64,000 nt of DNA from Turneriella sp. (GCA_965279515.1 CBDIID010000003.1:96001-160000); one strand, 5' to 3'. Numbered from the stretch's first letter, positions 42,062 through 52,831 are shown. The notes: generated by a model from the sequence alone, not told the origin. Numbers and translations are program-made.

Positions 42062-42270
42062 AACGTGGATTTTACGCTGACGTTTTTTGACGCTTGTGTC
42101 ATTTATTCAGTTTGTAAAGCCGATTTGCGTCAAAAAATGTGGTCGTAGCGGCTCGCGGCGACGCGCGAAAACACACCTCCCGGTGTGCGCGTCGTCCGCG
42201 ATCTTAGCCGCGGAGACCCGAGCACGCGAGGAGCTACGGCACCGCAGCGGCGCAGCGCGTAAAATTTGTT
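42062..42270 (-). repeat. attC-like site R43 (A)
   Basis: AAC...GTT folded repeat. Confidence 0.85.
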
Positions 42271-42483
42271 GTCTGAAGTAATTGCGCCTGTGAGCCCGGC
42301 TAGGAGGGCCGGGCGACAACGGCTAAGGCTTCACTGGAAAATTTAAAAAGATACTTAACTCAAAAGTTCTCACAGCCTGCCATTCTGTCGCCTCGCAAAA
42401 CAGGCTTTACGCCTAAGACTTACTGGATTCCGAATGTCTTAGTAAGGAGTAAGTTCCTAGTATTTAATATAGGGGGAAGACCA

Positions 42484-42771
42484 ATGACAGCCTGGTGGAA
42501 TCTATTTAATAAAAGCGAAAGGTATTTCGGGTCATCACCGCTTGCACAACCTGAATGGGCGCAACCTTTGTTAGCTATCGGTACTTTAGTTAGAATTACG
42601 TCCAAGCCTGAAAAAATACGCGAGGTAATTGAAATAGAATGGCATTGGCATCGGCACGAATTTGTGTATGTTATTGAAACTAGCGCATTAAATTTGTCCC
42701 CGCCGTTTAAACCCTACTGGTTTTTAAGTCAATTGGTCTCACATCAAGATAAATCCCTTCGGGCAATATAG
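42484..42771 (+). CDS. Hypothetical protein (inverted cassette)
   Basis: 95-aa ORF with purine-rich RBS. Confidence 0.55.
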   Translation: MTAWWNLFNKSERYFGSSPLAQPEWAQPLLAIGTLVRITSKPEKIREVIEIEWHWHRHEFVYVIETSALNLSPPFKPYWFLSQLVSHQDKSLRAI

Positions 42772-42906
42772 AAAATCTTTTCTTACATTCATTTCTAAAA
42801 TAAAGCCCTTTAATGCTATAACTGCCCATAGCTGGTTAGTCTGTCGGTGGAAGTTCGCCGCGCCGACAGGAGGTCGGCGGAGAACAAAGGCGCAATTATT
42901 TCAGAC

Positions 42907-43113
42907 AACGTGGAATTTACCTGAGGTTGAGTGACGCCTCGTTCAACTTTGTGTTCTGTAAAGCCATATTGCGTCACTCAATCTGCCCGGAGCGCCTCGC
43001 GGCAAAGCACAAAACAAGCGTCCCGCTTGTGCTTTGTCCGCGATCTTCGGCGCGTAGGGCCGAGCACGCGAGGAGCTACGGCGCCGCAGCGAGCGCAGCA
43101 GGTAAATTTTGTT
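42907..43113 (-). repeat. attC-like site R44 (B)
   Basis: AAC...GTT folded repeat. Confidence 0.85.
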
Positions 43114-43171
43114 AGGCGAAGAAGCTGGTACGGTAGAGCGGCAAAACATGGAGGTTTTGCCGGTTAAGCGC

Positions 43172-43747
43172 TTACAGGGAAATTGCCCGAACATGGCTAA
43201 AAGCCGGCTGATTAAATGGACGAATTTTCTCGACTGTGCCAATGTTTTCGAGCCATTTAGGATTTTGTTTCTTAACATAGTCGTAAAAGCCTTGTTTTTC
43301 GATCTCATCTTTCGACGCCTCAAATTCCGTAAACTTATGGGTAATTTTACGGAACCCGGTCGAAACATCAAGAGCGTAGCTGCCAGCATAATAGATTTTT
43401 TTAGAAACGACTTTGAACGGTTGGCACTCTTCAATGCATACGAATGTGCTACCACCTAAGCAAATCGTGGCGATTTGATAGGTGCCAGCAGGCACAGCAA
43501 TTGTTGTATATGGATCTGTATTTCTAGTTGAAGAGCCGCTTAAAGCATTTGAGAGATATTCTACGTTTGAGTCAATATTGATAACCGAAAAATTCTCGGA
43601 CATTCGCCCGATCTTACCAATGCCGTCTCGATCGACGAAGATGCCCACTAAGCTCTGACCTTCATGGTAATCAGGAAAGCTCTTACATTGGTTGATCATT
43701 AAGCTACCAAGTACACCTATGATCGATATTATCTTATTGATCTTCAT
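43172..43747 (-). CDS. Putative lipoprotein
   Basis: MKINKIISIIGVLGSLMINQ-C spirochaete-type lipobox. Confidence 0.65.
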   Translation of the reverse strand: MKINKIISIIGVLGSLMINQCKSFPDYHEGQSLVGIFVDRDGIGKIGRMSENFSVINIDSNVEYLSNALSGSSTRNTDPYTTIAVPAGTYQIATICLGGSTFVCIEECQPFKVVSKKIYYAGSYALDVSTGFRKITHKFTEFEASKDEIEKQGFYDYVKKQNPKWLENIGTVEKIRPFNQPAFSHVRAISL

Positions 43748-43897
43748 TCTTGTATGATTTACCCGACTTGCGTTGGTATGCCGTTGTAAATCAATATTCA
43801 AAAAGTCTATTCTTGAACAGCGTCAGAGAGAGACGTGCATGTGCCGACAGGAGGTCGGCATTGGGAAGTCTTGAAATCGTTTCCAGCTTTTTCGCCT

Positions 43898-44113
43898 AAC
43901 GTGGAATTTACACGAGGTCGATGGTGCGCCGCACAATAAAAAGCAGACTTATTTAGAAAGCCGCATATTAAGCACCATCGATCTGCCGTAGACCGCTCGT
44001 TGCGCCTGACCAAACAAACGTCCCGTTTGTCAGGCGTCAACGATCTTTGCGGTCGGAGGCCGAGCACGCGAGGAGCCACGGCACCGCAGCGAGCGCAGCG
44101 TGTAAATTTTGTT
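43898..44113 (-). repeat. attC-like site R45 (D)
   Basis: AAC...GTT folded repeat. Confidence 0.85.
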
Positions 44114-44156
44114 GTCGGACGTCGCAAATTGGAAAGTTTAGCGTTTCACGAAGGCA

Positions 44157-44546
44157 TTATTTATCTTTCATTCGAAAGAAGTGCACACATAGCCATGCAC
44201 CGCCAATTTCGAAGGCAATATAAGCATAGGTAAAAAATATTCTTTCCGAAGGAACTAAAGCCCTGAGAATTATGTACATTGGCAGCCCAAACGCTAATAG
44301 ATAAACCAAAGCAAATCTCAGATATGTTTTAAGGGTTCTCGGTTGAATCAGTTTGAATGCGTAAATTATGCCGACTAATAATAATGTCGCTAAAAATCTT
44401 ACTGGCAAATAGAAAAATAGACCTAGGATAAAGGCTTCTCCTTCTGATAAACCGTGACCATAAATAGACTGTGGCATTATAAAAAAGAAGCAAATCAAAA
44501 GAGTCGATAGCTTTAAGCGGTTTTGAGTAATATTATTCGAGAACAA
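44157..44546 (-). CDS. Hypothetical membrane protein
   Basis: Multiple TM segments. Confidence 0.65.
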   Translation of the reverse strand: MFSNNITQNRLKLSTLLICFFFIMPQSIYGHGLSEGEAFILGLFFYLPVRFLATLLLVGIIYAFKLIQPRTLKTYLRFALVYLLAFGLPMYIILRALVPSERIFFTYAYIAFEIGGAWLCVHFFRMKDK

Positions 44547-44569
44547 TTTAATCCTTTGCGATGTCAGAC

Positions 44570-44779
44570 AACGTGGATTTTACGCTGACGTTTTTTGACG
44601 CTTGTGTCATTTATTCAATTTGTAAAGCCGATTTGCGTCAAAAAATGTGGTCGTAGCGGCTCGCGGCGACGCGCGAAAACACACCTCCCGGTGTGCGCGT
44701 CGTCCGCGATCTCTGGCCGCGGAGACCCGAGCACGCGAGGAGCTACGGCACCGCAGCGGCGCAGCGCGTAAAATTTGTT
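44570..44779 (-). repeat. attC-like site R46 (A)
   Basis: AAC...GTT folded repeat. Confidence 0.85.
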
Positions 44780-44796
44780 GGGCGACGTATGCTGTT

Positions 44797-45561
44797 CTAT
44801 CGCCAAATCGTATCGGTTCTTTCGAATAGGTTGGTCTTACAGTTGAACTCATATTTTTCAACTTCAAGTTTTGGGCAATCCCAATAATGATTAATTCGTT
44901 CTGCTCGAAATTCTTTGCAAGTACCCAAGCTGGGCTGAGGCAACACAGTATGGGAATATTGCTGTCCTGGGCATTTTGAAGGGTTTACGGAAGCAGGTTT
45001 GCCTATCGGGTGTAGTGTTCCTGTCAGTTCCGTCGAGGTGAATTTTGGCCCCTTCGGTGTCACTACCCGAAGGCAACCGAGACGGCCATTTAGATGGTCA
45101 AAATGATATAATACTAATGACGGAGGGCTTTCTGGGTTAATGGCCTCAATAATATAGCTATTAAATCCAGAACAAGTTCCAGTATACGGTTTATCATTTG
45201 GGACAACTACTGCCTCAGTCATTGATTTCATATATACGATACTTATTGTCGGTTCTGTTTGTGAGGCTCCGCCAGTTTGGCGAAAAACGGACTTATTATG
45301 AACTTCAAGCAAAATATAAGGCGGATTTACGCGATATAAGCGAATCTCTATGTCCGAATGTTCAATTCGTTTTCCAAGTTGAAATTCTACTGTTACTGAT
45401 TTTTCGAATTTATTAATTTCCTCAGCGGAAAGCTCTGGCGCCATATCACTCTTTAAGACGGCCACGACACTTTTCTTAAAAATCTTGAGCGGCAGCTCCT
45501 TCGGTTCCATGAAGTTACCGGACCAATTGCTTGTCAGGAGGGTGAGTAATATTAGCAGCAT
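44797..45561 (-). CDS. Hypothetical exported protein
   Basis: 254 aa, hydrophobic leader, Cys pairs. Confidence 0.65.
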   Translation of the reverse strand: MLLILLTLLTSNWSGNFMEPKELPLKIFKKSVVAVLKSDMAPELSAEEINKFEKSVTVEFQLGKRIEHSDIEIRLYRVNPPYILLEVHNKSVFRQTGGASQTEPTISIVYMKSMTEAVVVPNDKPYTGTCSGFNSYIIEAINPESPPSLVLYHFDHLNGRLGCLRVVTPKGPKFTSTELTGTLHPIGKPASVNPSKCPGQQYSHTVLPQPSLGTCKEFRAERINHYWDCPKLEVEKYEFNCKTNLFERTDTIWR

Positions 45562-45570
45562 ATGTCGCCC

Positions 45571-45787
45571 AACGTTGGAATTACCTGACGTCGATGGTGC
45601 GCCGCACCATAAATGCGGTTTTCTTACAAGAGCCGCTCTTGGCGCGCCATCGATGTGCCGCAGGTGGCTGCGTTGCGCCCGCCAATTAAGCTCGATAGAG
45701 CGCGGGCGTCAACGCATTTCAGGCCACCGGAGGCCGAGCACGCGAGGACCCACGGGACCGCAGCGAGCGCAGCAGGTAATTCTTGTT
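45571..45787 (-). repeat. attC-like site R47 (divergent)
   Basis: AAC...GTT folded repeat. Confidence 0.8.
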
Positions 45788-46017
45788 GTCTGAAGTAATT
45801 GCGCCTGTGAGCCCGGGCAGGGAGGCTCGGGCGACGACGAACCAAGTCCCAGAATGATCCAAAATGCTGACTTTTAGTGTCATAACTAGTCATTTTGTCA
45901 CCCTGTAGAAGAGGCTTTACACCTGAGGGATCAGGTGGTCGCGTCGCCTTTGGTGGGGATTAATTTCCTAAATGTTAAGTACTTGCCGTCACATGCGGCA
46001 CCAAATATATTAAGTGC

Positions 46018-46254
46018 ATGAGCGTTGAGACATTGGAGAAAGCACAAGAATTCGCTGCAAATCTGACAACAGAGGAAAAAACGCAGTTGCTTGATTTTCT
46101 ATTGGTAGACCTGCAAAATGAAAATGTCGAGATCAGTCCGGCATGGATTAAGCAAATAGAAGAAAGTGAAGCAGAGATGCTCTCAGGCCGCGATCCCGGT
46201 GTGCCTTGGGCAGAAGTGCAAACGAATATGCGTCGAATCATCGGTGGCTCTTGA
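46018..46254 (+). CDS. Addiction-module antitoxin (TIGR02574-like)
   Basis: LTTEEKTQLLDFLL...AWIKQIE...GVPWAEV. Confidence 0.8.
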   Translation: MSVETLEKAQEFAANLTTEEKTQLLDFLLVDLQNENVEISPAWIKQIEESEAEMLSGRDPGVPWAEVQTNMRRIIGGS

Positions 46255-46538
46255 AGCCAGTCATTTTTAGCCGCCGCGCAAACGCACACACCGACTCGAT
46301 CACGAAAGCTTACAGGGATGTTTCGGTATCTGCCGCAACGAAATTTGAGAAGGCCATCAATGTCGCCGTCGGTCATATCACTCTGCAGCCGAAAGCGTGG
46401 GCAAATTTTCATACGCACTATCGGAAATTCATTTTGAAACCGTTTCCTTACGCCATTGTGTATCGGGAGCTAAATGATATTATTCGTGTTCTTGAGATTG
46501 TAGATTTGCGCCGCGAACCGGGTTACTGGCTGAAATAG
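46251..46538 (+). CDS. RelE/ParE toxin
   Basis: YRKFILKPFPYAIVYR...RREPGYW; TTG start coupled to antitoxin stop. Confidence 0.85.
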   Translation: MKPVIFSRRANAHTDSITKAYRDVSVSAATKFEKAINVAVGHITLQPKAWANFHTHYRKFILKPFPYAIVYRELNDIIRVLEIVDLRREPGYWLK

Positions 46539-46704
46539 ACCTGAAACCGACTTGCCGCCATTCTGAATGACAAACTTTTCGCCTGAAAGTTTGGGGACGG
46601 CCACCAGATCTATTGAGGAATCATGTTCTTAAATGCTTATTCCATACCGGACCAACTGCGTCGGCACGAGGCCGACGAAGTACAAAGGCGCAATTATTTC
46701 AGAC

Positions 46705-46912
46705 AACGTGGAAAATACCCGAATTGCGCCCTCGCGGGTGTAAAGTGCAAATAAACACGGTTTATGTGACTTTCGCGGGAGCGCATTTGCCCGTAGCGCC
46801 TCGCGAGCCCGCCAATGCAGGCCCAGTGGCCTGCGGGCGTAGCGATCTTCGGCGCGTAGGGCCGAGCACGCGACCCAACGTAGTGGTCGCGGCGCAGCGG
46901 GTATTTTTTGTT
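46705..46912 (-). repeat. attC-like site R48 (E)
   Basis: AAC...GTT folded repeat. Confidence 0.85.
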
Positions 46913-47088
46913 AGCCGCCGTTACCGGATTCGCGCGGCTGGCGAGCAACCCGAAGGTCGGCGATATGCTGTAGTTCGATATTATTAGTAACCGAGGAGTT
47001 GTCGCCAGGATCAAAGGCGTAAGCAGCGAAATCTGGCTGTACTCTCTGATAACAAATCCTCTTTTTCTCCCCTTCGGGCGCGAAGGAG
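46913..47088. other. Gene-less cassette type A, copy 4 (IS481 inserted; remainder 48424-48439)
   Basis: Copy of 15118-15305 split by IS with GGAG TSD. Confidence 0.75.
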
Positions 47089-48423
47089 GGTACAATATCA
47101 GAACATCGGTAACGAAAAGTCATCACGACATCGGTAACAGTTCTGCCTCAGGCTTTGCCGTGGTTTCCTCCTGATTTGGTGTAAACAAATAATTGTTCCG
47201 ATCGATGTAGCCCAATAGCAGGCTACCGAAGTAGACGTCGATGCGCATGTCGGCGATAAACCGGAGCCCGATCGGGTAGCCGTTAAAAGAATTGCCGATA
47301 AATATCCGGTGCTGCTTGTAGTTGGTGTAACCGCGGTCATTTACGATGCGTACGATGCAATCCTCAGGGTAGGCGGGTAGTACGTCGCCAGTATACGGAA
47401 TTTCAGATGGTAGGTAGAACTCTGATGGCGTCCTCATGCCCAGGGCTTCATGCGGTCGCACATTGTTGAAGTCTTCGCGCCACTGATCAAACGAAATCTG
47501 GTGAAGCTTTAGATCACCGCGAATGCGCCCCTGCAGTTCCGTGCGGATGTCTCTGTGCATACGCTCATGGCCACCATTCTGGGCTGGCTTTCCCGGATCA
47601 ATGCGGTCCAGAGAAATTCCCAAGGACAGCCACCAGACTGACAATTTTGTCAGGCCAAAGAGGCCCCACGATGATGCGAAAGGAGTTCCGTTGTCAGAGC
47701 GAATAATTTCCGGCAGACCATAGCGTTTGAAGAGTCTGGCAAAGTGTTGTTTTACATTGGAAATATTGCCCTTTTCCAGTATCTGTATCGACAGGATGTA
47801 CTTACTGTACTCATCGCGAACTGTCAGAGGTTCGCATTTCTCTGCATGTGCAGTATACCACCACCCCTTGAAATCAACCGTCCATATGTGATTGGGATGC
47901 GTCGCCTTTTCGCGAAGCATCAGCCTCTCTCCGGTTCTGCGGCGCTTCTTTCCTCTTGGCCTTGTCAGACCAGAGCGCGCCAGAAGGCGATCGACTGTAG
48001 GCACTGAAATATCGCCTTTGCGCTCGGGGTAAAGCCTGCAGAAGACCGCATAGATCTTCTTGGCTCCCCAGCGAGGCCTGTTATTCTTTATGCGAATAAT
48101 GTCGCAGATTGTTTCTTCGTCAGTGCGGTTCGGATTGCCTCCTGGTTTTCGTGACAACTCCGCCAATCCAGCTAAGCCTTTTTCCAGAAACCTTGCCTTC
48201 CACTTGTACCCTGTCTTGGTGCTGATGCCAAACTCGCGGCACAGCTCTGTGAAACTCTCTACGCCCTCCAGGGCGCGAAAGACAAAAGATCTTTTCTCTT
48301 CCATTTTGGTAACCTCTTTCCACGGCATTTGAGCCCCCTGCCGAAGGCAGGCAAAAGCTCTTTGCGAAGCAAAGTGTTACCGATGTCTTGATAGAAATGT
48401 GTTACCTATGTCGTGATAGTACC
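47089..48423 (-). mobile_element. IS481-family IS, copy 3
   Basis: 4-bp TSD GGAG (47085-47088, 48424-48427) confirmed against empty copies. Confidence 0.92.
47123..48328 (-). CDS. IS481-family transposase
   Basis: Same protein as copy 2. Confidence 0.9.
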   Translation of the reverse strand: MPWKEVTKMEEKRSFVFRALEGVESFTELCREFGISTKTGYKWKARFLEKGLAGLAELSRKPGGNPNRTDEETICDIIRIKNNRPRWGAKKIYAVFCRLYPERKGDISVPTVDRLLARSGLTRPRGKKRRRTGERLMLREKATHPNHIWTVDFKGWWYTAHAEKCEPLTVRDEYSKYILSIQILEKGNISNVKQHFARLFKRYGLPEIIRSDNGTPFASSWGLFGLTKLSVWWLSLGISLDRIDPGKPAQNGGHERMHRDIRTELQGRIRGDLKLHQISFDQWREDFNNVRPHEALGMRTPSEFYLPSEIPYTGDVLPAYPEDCIVRIVNDRGYTNYKQHRIFIGNSFNGYPIGLRFIADMRIDVYFGSLLLGYIDRNNYLFTPNQEETTAKPEAELLPMS

Positions 48424-48439
48424 GGAGGTAATGGTGGCT

Positions 48440-48646
48440 AACGTGGAATTTACCTGACGTTTGGTGACACTTGTGTCATTAATTCAATCAGGAAAGCCGA
48501 TTTGTGTCACCAAATGTGCCCGGAGCGCCTCGCGGCAAAGCACAAAACAAGCGTCCCGCTTGTGCTTTGTCCGCGATCTTGGGCGCGCAGGGCCGAGCAC
48601 GCGAGGAGCTACGGCACCGCAGCGAGCGCAGCAGGTAAATTTTGTT
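48440..48646 (-). repeat. attC-like site R49 (C)
   Basis: AAC...GTT folded repeat. Confidence 0.85.
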
Positions 48647-48669
48647 GGGCGATGTGCGCGATGGATTAG

Positions 48670-48975
48670 TTAGTCAGCAACAACTCTTAAGGATGTCTCC
48701 ATCTGGATGGCCATTTGGCTCAACTCTATTAAAGACGACAAGCAGGAATCGGTAGACTCATTAATTCCCTTAAGTGAAAGGCACTCTGCCTTGAAGGCCT
48801 CAAGCTCGGCAAACACTATAACAGAATCGGCCCAATAATCGGCAAGTCTCTGAAAAATCTGGCAGGATTTCTCTATGGCCTTCAGTCGTAATGCCTCATG
48901 ATCGCCAAGTCCCATGGAGACAAACTTTATGTCGTCACCTGGCACTGAGCCTGCTATATGAAAATCTAAGCCCAT
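48670..48975 (-). CDS. Hypothetical acidic protein (second gene of two-gene cassette)
   Basis: MGLDFH... 101 aa. Confidence 0.6.
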   Translation of the reverse strand: MGLDFHIAGSVPGDDIKFVSMGLGDHEALRLKAIEKSCQIFQRLADYWADSVIVFAELEAFKAECLSLKGINESTDSCLSSLIELSQMAIQMETSLRVVAD

Positions 48976-48978
48976 AGT

Positions 48979-49623
48979 TCAAATGGAGTTAATGTAATTA
49001 ATTATCATCGCCGTGTTTTCCATGTTTATCTCTGAAATTTGGGTAAAATATATCATCCAGTCGCGATAAGATCTTTCATCAGTGACCTCGCCAACAGATG
49101 ACCGAGACACATCTGTAACATAAGAGGCTCCTTTTTGGTGCATTTCCATTAGGGCATTTTTCGCTTTTCTGCGAAATGCAGAGGTTCTTATCAAATAGTA
49201 CAGAAGGTTTCGCTGATTCTTAATGCGAGTCAGGGCGGCGGCGGCCTTAGAATATTCTGAAATAAGTTCCTTATTGTTATCTGCAATGGCGGCTTGGTTA
49301 AGGATCGGATTCTTAAGTAGCTCGGATTGTCTATGTCGGAGTCCCGAAATATTCTCCAGAGCTTCCTTTTCATTAGATTGCAGAATCAATAGCTCCTGCA
49401 CCGCATTTATAAGTAAGTCCTTTTGGTTTCTTAATATCGAAAATCTCTTGTTGTAAGCGATCGTGACAAAGCAGACGATAACTATATTCAGAAAAAGATT
49501 GGCTACGGCAATTAGATCAACCGTTTGATTGATTTTGAATCCAGTCAGCAGATGTCGGAAACTATATGCAACTGCAAAAAAGGCCGAAATTAAGAGAAAA
49601 GTAATCAGGACCCGAGTCTTCAT
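48979..49623 (-). CDS. Hypothetical membrane-anchored coiled-coil protein
   Basis: Two N-terminal TMs then helical domain. Confidence 0.65.
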   Translation of the reverse strand: MKTRVLITFLLISAFFAVAYSFRHLLTGFKINQTVDLIAVANLFLNIVIVCFVTIAYNKRFSILRNQKDLLINAVQELLILQSNEKEALENISGLRHRQSELLKNPILNQAAIADNNKELISEYSKAAAALTRIKNQRNLLYYLIRTSAFRRKAKNALMEMHQKGASYVTDVSRSSVGEVTDERSYRDWMIYFTQISEINMENTAMIINYINSI

Positions 49624-49644
49624 ATTTCTTCGCGCATTTCGCCC

Positions 49645-49854
49645 AACGTGGATTTTACGCTGACGTTTTTTGACGCTTGTGTCATTTATTCAGTCTGTAA
49701 AGCCGATTTGCGTCAAAAAATGTGGTCGTAGCGGCTCGCGGCGACGCGCGAAAACACACCTCCCGGTGTGCGCGTCGTCCGCGATCTTTTGCCGCGGAGA
49801 CCCGAGCACGCGAGGAGCTACGGCACCGCAGCGGCGCAGCGCGTAAAATTTGTT
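49645..49854 (-). repeat. attC-like site R50 (A)
   Basis: AAC...GTT folded repeat. Confidence 0.85.
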
Positions 49855-49870
49855 GGCTGCCGTAGCGAAG

Positions 49871-50323
49871 CTACATGCCCATTAGAGTAATTAAGCCTGA
49901 TTTCCTTTCTTCCAACCATTTCATTAACTCTGAAATTGTCTGTACTAGTGTAACTTTGTTTTTGTGCCAATTTGGCATCAATATATTCTCAGCGTAATCA
50001 TCTTGCATCACATTAGAAAGCGGCAAATCTGAGAAGCTTGAATTCTCGGCCTCGAGCTTCTTTTTTAGGATTTCCAAATCCTTAATAATCTGAGTCGTTT
50101 CTGCTTCCCTCATCTCCATGAAAGCATAGTGGTCATAATTTCTAATTGCATTCTGAAAAATCTTTTCTATCGTAATTATTGCTTCTTCACTTAGGAAAAC
50201 GGAAGTTGCATTCCAGCATTTATCTTGATATTTGCCAGGGTAAAACTCAAAATAACAGGTTCCTTCCAATTCAGAAACCTCGGTTATTAATCTTAAATCG
50301 GGCTCAAATTCTTCTGGATTCAT
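49871..50323 (-). CDS. Hypothetical acidic protein
   Basis: LEGTCYFEFYPG...CWNATSVFL; fills cassette. Confidence 0.7.
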   Translation of the reverse strand: MNPEEFEPDLRLITEVSELEGTCYFEFYPGKYQDKCWNATSVFLSEEAIITIEKIFQNAIRNYDHYAFMEMREAETTQIIKDLEILKKKLEAENSSFSDLPLSNVMQDDYAENILMPNWHKNKVTLVQTISELMKWLEERKSGLITLMGM

Positions 50324-50346
50324 ATTGATTCTTCGCTATGGCAGCC

Positions 50347-50556
50347 AACGTTGGATTTTACGCTGACGTTTTTTGACGCTTGTGTCATTTATTCAATTTG
50401 TAAAGCCGATTTGCGTCAAAAAATGTGGTCGTAGCGGCTCGCGGCGACGCGCGAAAACACACCTCCCGGTGTGCGCGTCGTCCGCGATCTTTGCCGCGGA
50501 GACCCGAGCACGCGAGGAGCTACGGCACCGCAGCGGCGCAGCGCGTAAAATTTGTT
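50347..50556 (-). repeat. attC-like site R51 (A)
   Basis: AAC...GTT folded repeat. Confidence 0.85.
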
Positions 50557-50714
50557 CTCTGACGTAGTTGCGCATGCGAGCCCGGGCATGGAGGGCCGGG
50601 CGACAAGTAGACCAGGCTCCTCGCCCTTTAGCGTTTTAAAATGAAAATCTGTGTTGCCGCTCTATGTTTGGCCAGAAAAAAATCCATTACTGATACAGAA
50701 TTTAAGAACTATTT

Positions 50715-51206
50715 ATGAATTATTTGCTTCTCCTGTTTCTGCTCCTTGCATATCCAATAGAATTATTCACCATGCAACCTTGTAGGTCTAATGAGATTAA
50801 AACGGAACACATCGGACTTGCGCCCATTAGCCTCAATGCCGGCTACCCGCAGATTTTATCAGTGCGAAGCGGATTCCTTTTTGATTTTTTGGAAAATCCA
50901 TGTGAGAGATTCGCCCTGGATATTTATGTTGAGCCTGGAATTACTGGTGCCAAGGGCATATTTGCAGTGAGTTTGGAAGGTTATTACTCAGGTATTTACG
51001 TCGGCTTAGGCTACTTGTATAATTATCTGCTCTTAACAAGCAGTATGAAGCAACAATATCTGGGCGGTGAGTTTGGGTTGCGCGTATTTAATCTTAATTT
51101 AAATGCGGGTTTGTACTTTAGCCAGCCACTTTTAACTGAAACCTCAGATTTGGTGCTAAATCTACAAATAGGGTATACGTTTTTGAATACGTTGAGACTG
51201 CAATAA
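50715..51206 (+). CDS. Exported protein, possible small outer-membrane beta-barrel (inverted cassette)
   Basis: Signal peptide; alternating beta pattern ending LQIGYTF. Confidence 0.55.
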   Translation: MNYLLLLFLLLAYPIELFTMQPCRSNEIKTEHIGLAPISLNAGYPQILSVRSGFLFDFLENPCERFALDIYVEPGITGAKGIFAVSLEGYYSGIYVGLGYLYNYLLLTSSMKQQYLGGEFGLRVFNLNLNAGLYFSQPLLTETSDLVLNLQIGYTFLNTLRLQ

Positions 51207-51298
51207 CGTACAATAGGCCAAGTTTAGCAAAACTCTTCAGATACAGGTCGAGCACCGCCATGGATGGCGGTGAAGCACAACCCGCAACTATGTCAGAG

Positions 51299-51505
51299 AA
51301 CGCGGAATTTACCTGACGATTGGTGACGCTAGTGTCATTAATTTAATCAGGAAAGCCGATTTGTGTCACCAATTGTGCCCGAAGCGCCTCGCGGCAAAGC
51401 ACAAAACAAGCGTCCCGCTTGTGCTTTGTCCGCGATCTTCGGCGCGTAGGGCCGAGCACGCGAGGAGCCACAGCACCGCAGCGAGCGCAGCAGGTAAATT
51501 TTGTT
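51299..51505 (-). repeat. attC-like site R52 (C)
   Basis: AAC...GTT folded repeat. Confidence 0.85.
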
Positions 51506-51522
51506 GTATGACGTTGCGTTTG

Positions 51523-51912
51523 TTAAGGATAGTTTTTATTGCAACCGGGGCAAGAATATCGCCCTAAAACGCCAGCAACCCGAACATTATTAGCTGTTAG
51601 TCGAACTTTCCTTTTATCTTGCTCGAAGCATGTGGCACAAAAAGGCCCGTCATTTTCTTTAGTGTAGTAATAACCTTCTCGAAAATCCAAATCAATAGCG
51701 GGTTCTGTCTTTTGCTTTAAAGCTGTATTTTCGGCCTTAAGGTCGCTGTTTTGCGTCATCAAATCAGCGATTTTTACTTTCATTTCAGCCAGTTGCAATT
51801 CAAGATTTGCAAATAAAGTGGCAAATTCAGCGTCTTTTATCTTTTCATTTGCCGTACGTAATGTTTTTAGAATATTTATAGAAGCAGTTATCGAAGAAAT
51901 TATCTCGGTCAT
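51523..51912 (-). CDS. Coiled-coil plus C-terminal Zn-ribbon protein
   Basis: GPFCATC...CPGC. Confidence 0.7.
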   Translation of the reverse strand: MTEIISSITASINILKTLRTANEKIKDAEFATLFANLELQLAEMKVKIADLMTQNSDLKAENTALKQKTEPAIDLDFREGYYYTKENDGPFCATCFEQDKRKVRLTANNVRVAGVLGRYSCPGCNKNYP

Positions 51913-51999
51913 AGCACCTACTTAATACGGTTTAACAGTCTTCTGTCTGTTCTTTTTCTGCATTTGTGTCATGTCAAATTATTTCACGCAATGTCATAC

Positions 52000-52207
52000 A
52001 ACGTTGGATTTTACGCTGACGTTTTTTGACGCTTGTGTCATTTATTCAATTTGTAAAGCCGATTTGCGTCAAAAAATGTGGTCGTAGCGGCTCGCGGCGA
52101 CGCGCAAAAGCACACCTCCCGGTGTGCGCGTCGTCCGCGATCTTTGCCGCGGAGACCCGAGCACGCGACCCAACGAAGTGGTCGCGGCGCAGCGCGTAAA
52201 ATTTGTT
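52000..52207 (-). repeat. attC-like site R53 (A/E mosaic)
   Basis: AAC...GTT folded repeat. Confidence 0.85.
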
Positions 52208-52269
52208 GGGTGCCGTGTTTCAATCGGTGTAAGTCAGCGAAGCTGAGAACGACAACAAGAGCCTGCTAT

Positions 52270-52740
52270 TTATTCTTCAAATTCTTCAGCAGGCCTGAGG
52301 CCGAGAATGAACGCCTTGAACGTCGGCGCAATCTGAATATCTTCCTTACATTCAACATCTATCCACGAAATACAGGGTTCCTTGCCATTACGGTAATCTA
52401 AAGTGATCCACCAATGTCCGTCACCTGTAAGTAGTACTTGCGCAGGAGGAAGGCCCCATTCTTCGATCATATAGGTAGAATGCATAATATTTTGCCCCGT
52501 CTTCATATCTGGATCAGGTTCAATCCCGAAAAGTTCGTCTAAGGGGATGTGATTCGGTGCCCAGGTTGTGCGTTCCTTTGTCGGGTATGCGAATCTTTTC
52601 GTGTAACCACCATTTTGACGTTGTAGTAATGATAGATATTCGGCCGGAAGTGTTACGCGAAGCGTTCTTTCTGCATGCTCTATCTTGTCCCGAGTTAGCG
52701 GCGGATGCGCCGGGTGGTCAGTATCCCAAAATGGTTCCAT
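52270..52740 (-). CDS. SMI1/KNR4 (SUKH) immunity-family protein
   Basis: IEHAERTLRVTLPAEYLSLL...NGG...GDGHWWITLDYR. Confidence 0.88.
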   Translation of the reverse strand: MEPFWDTDHPAHPPLTRDKIEHAERTLRVTLPAEYLSLLQRQNGGYTKRFAYPTKERTTWAPNHIPLDELFGIEPDPDMKTGQNIMHSTYMIEEWGLPPAQVLLTGDGHWWITLDYRNGKEPCISWIDVECKEDIQIAPTFKAFILGLRPAEEFEE

Positions 52741-52831
52741 ACTTTCGATAGAGATGAAGCCTGTCCGTATCAGGGCTTTGTAAGCGCAATTAGAATGCCC
52801 GGGCCGAAATAATTACTGAAACATGGCACCC

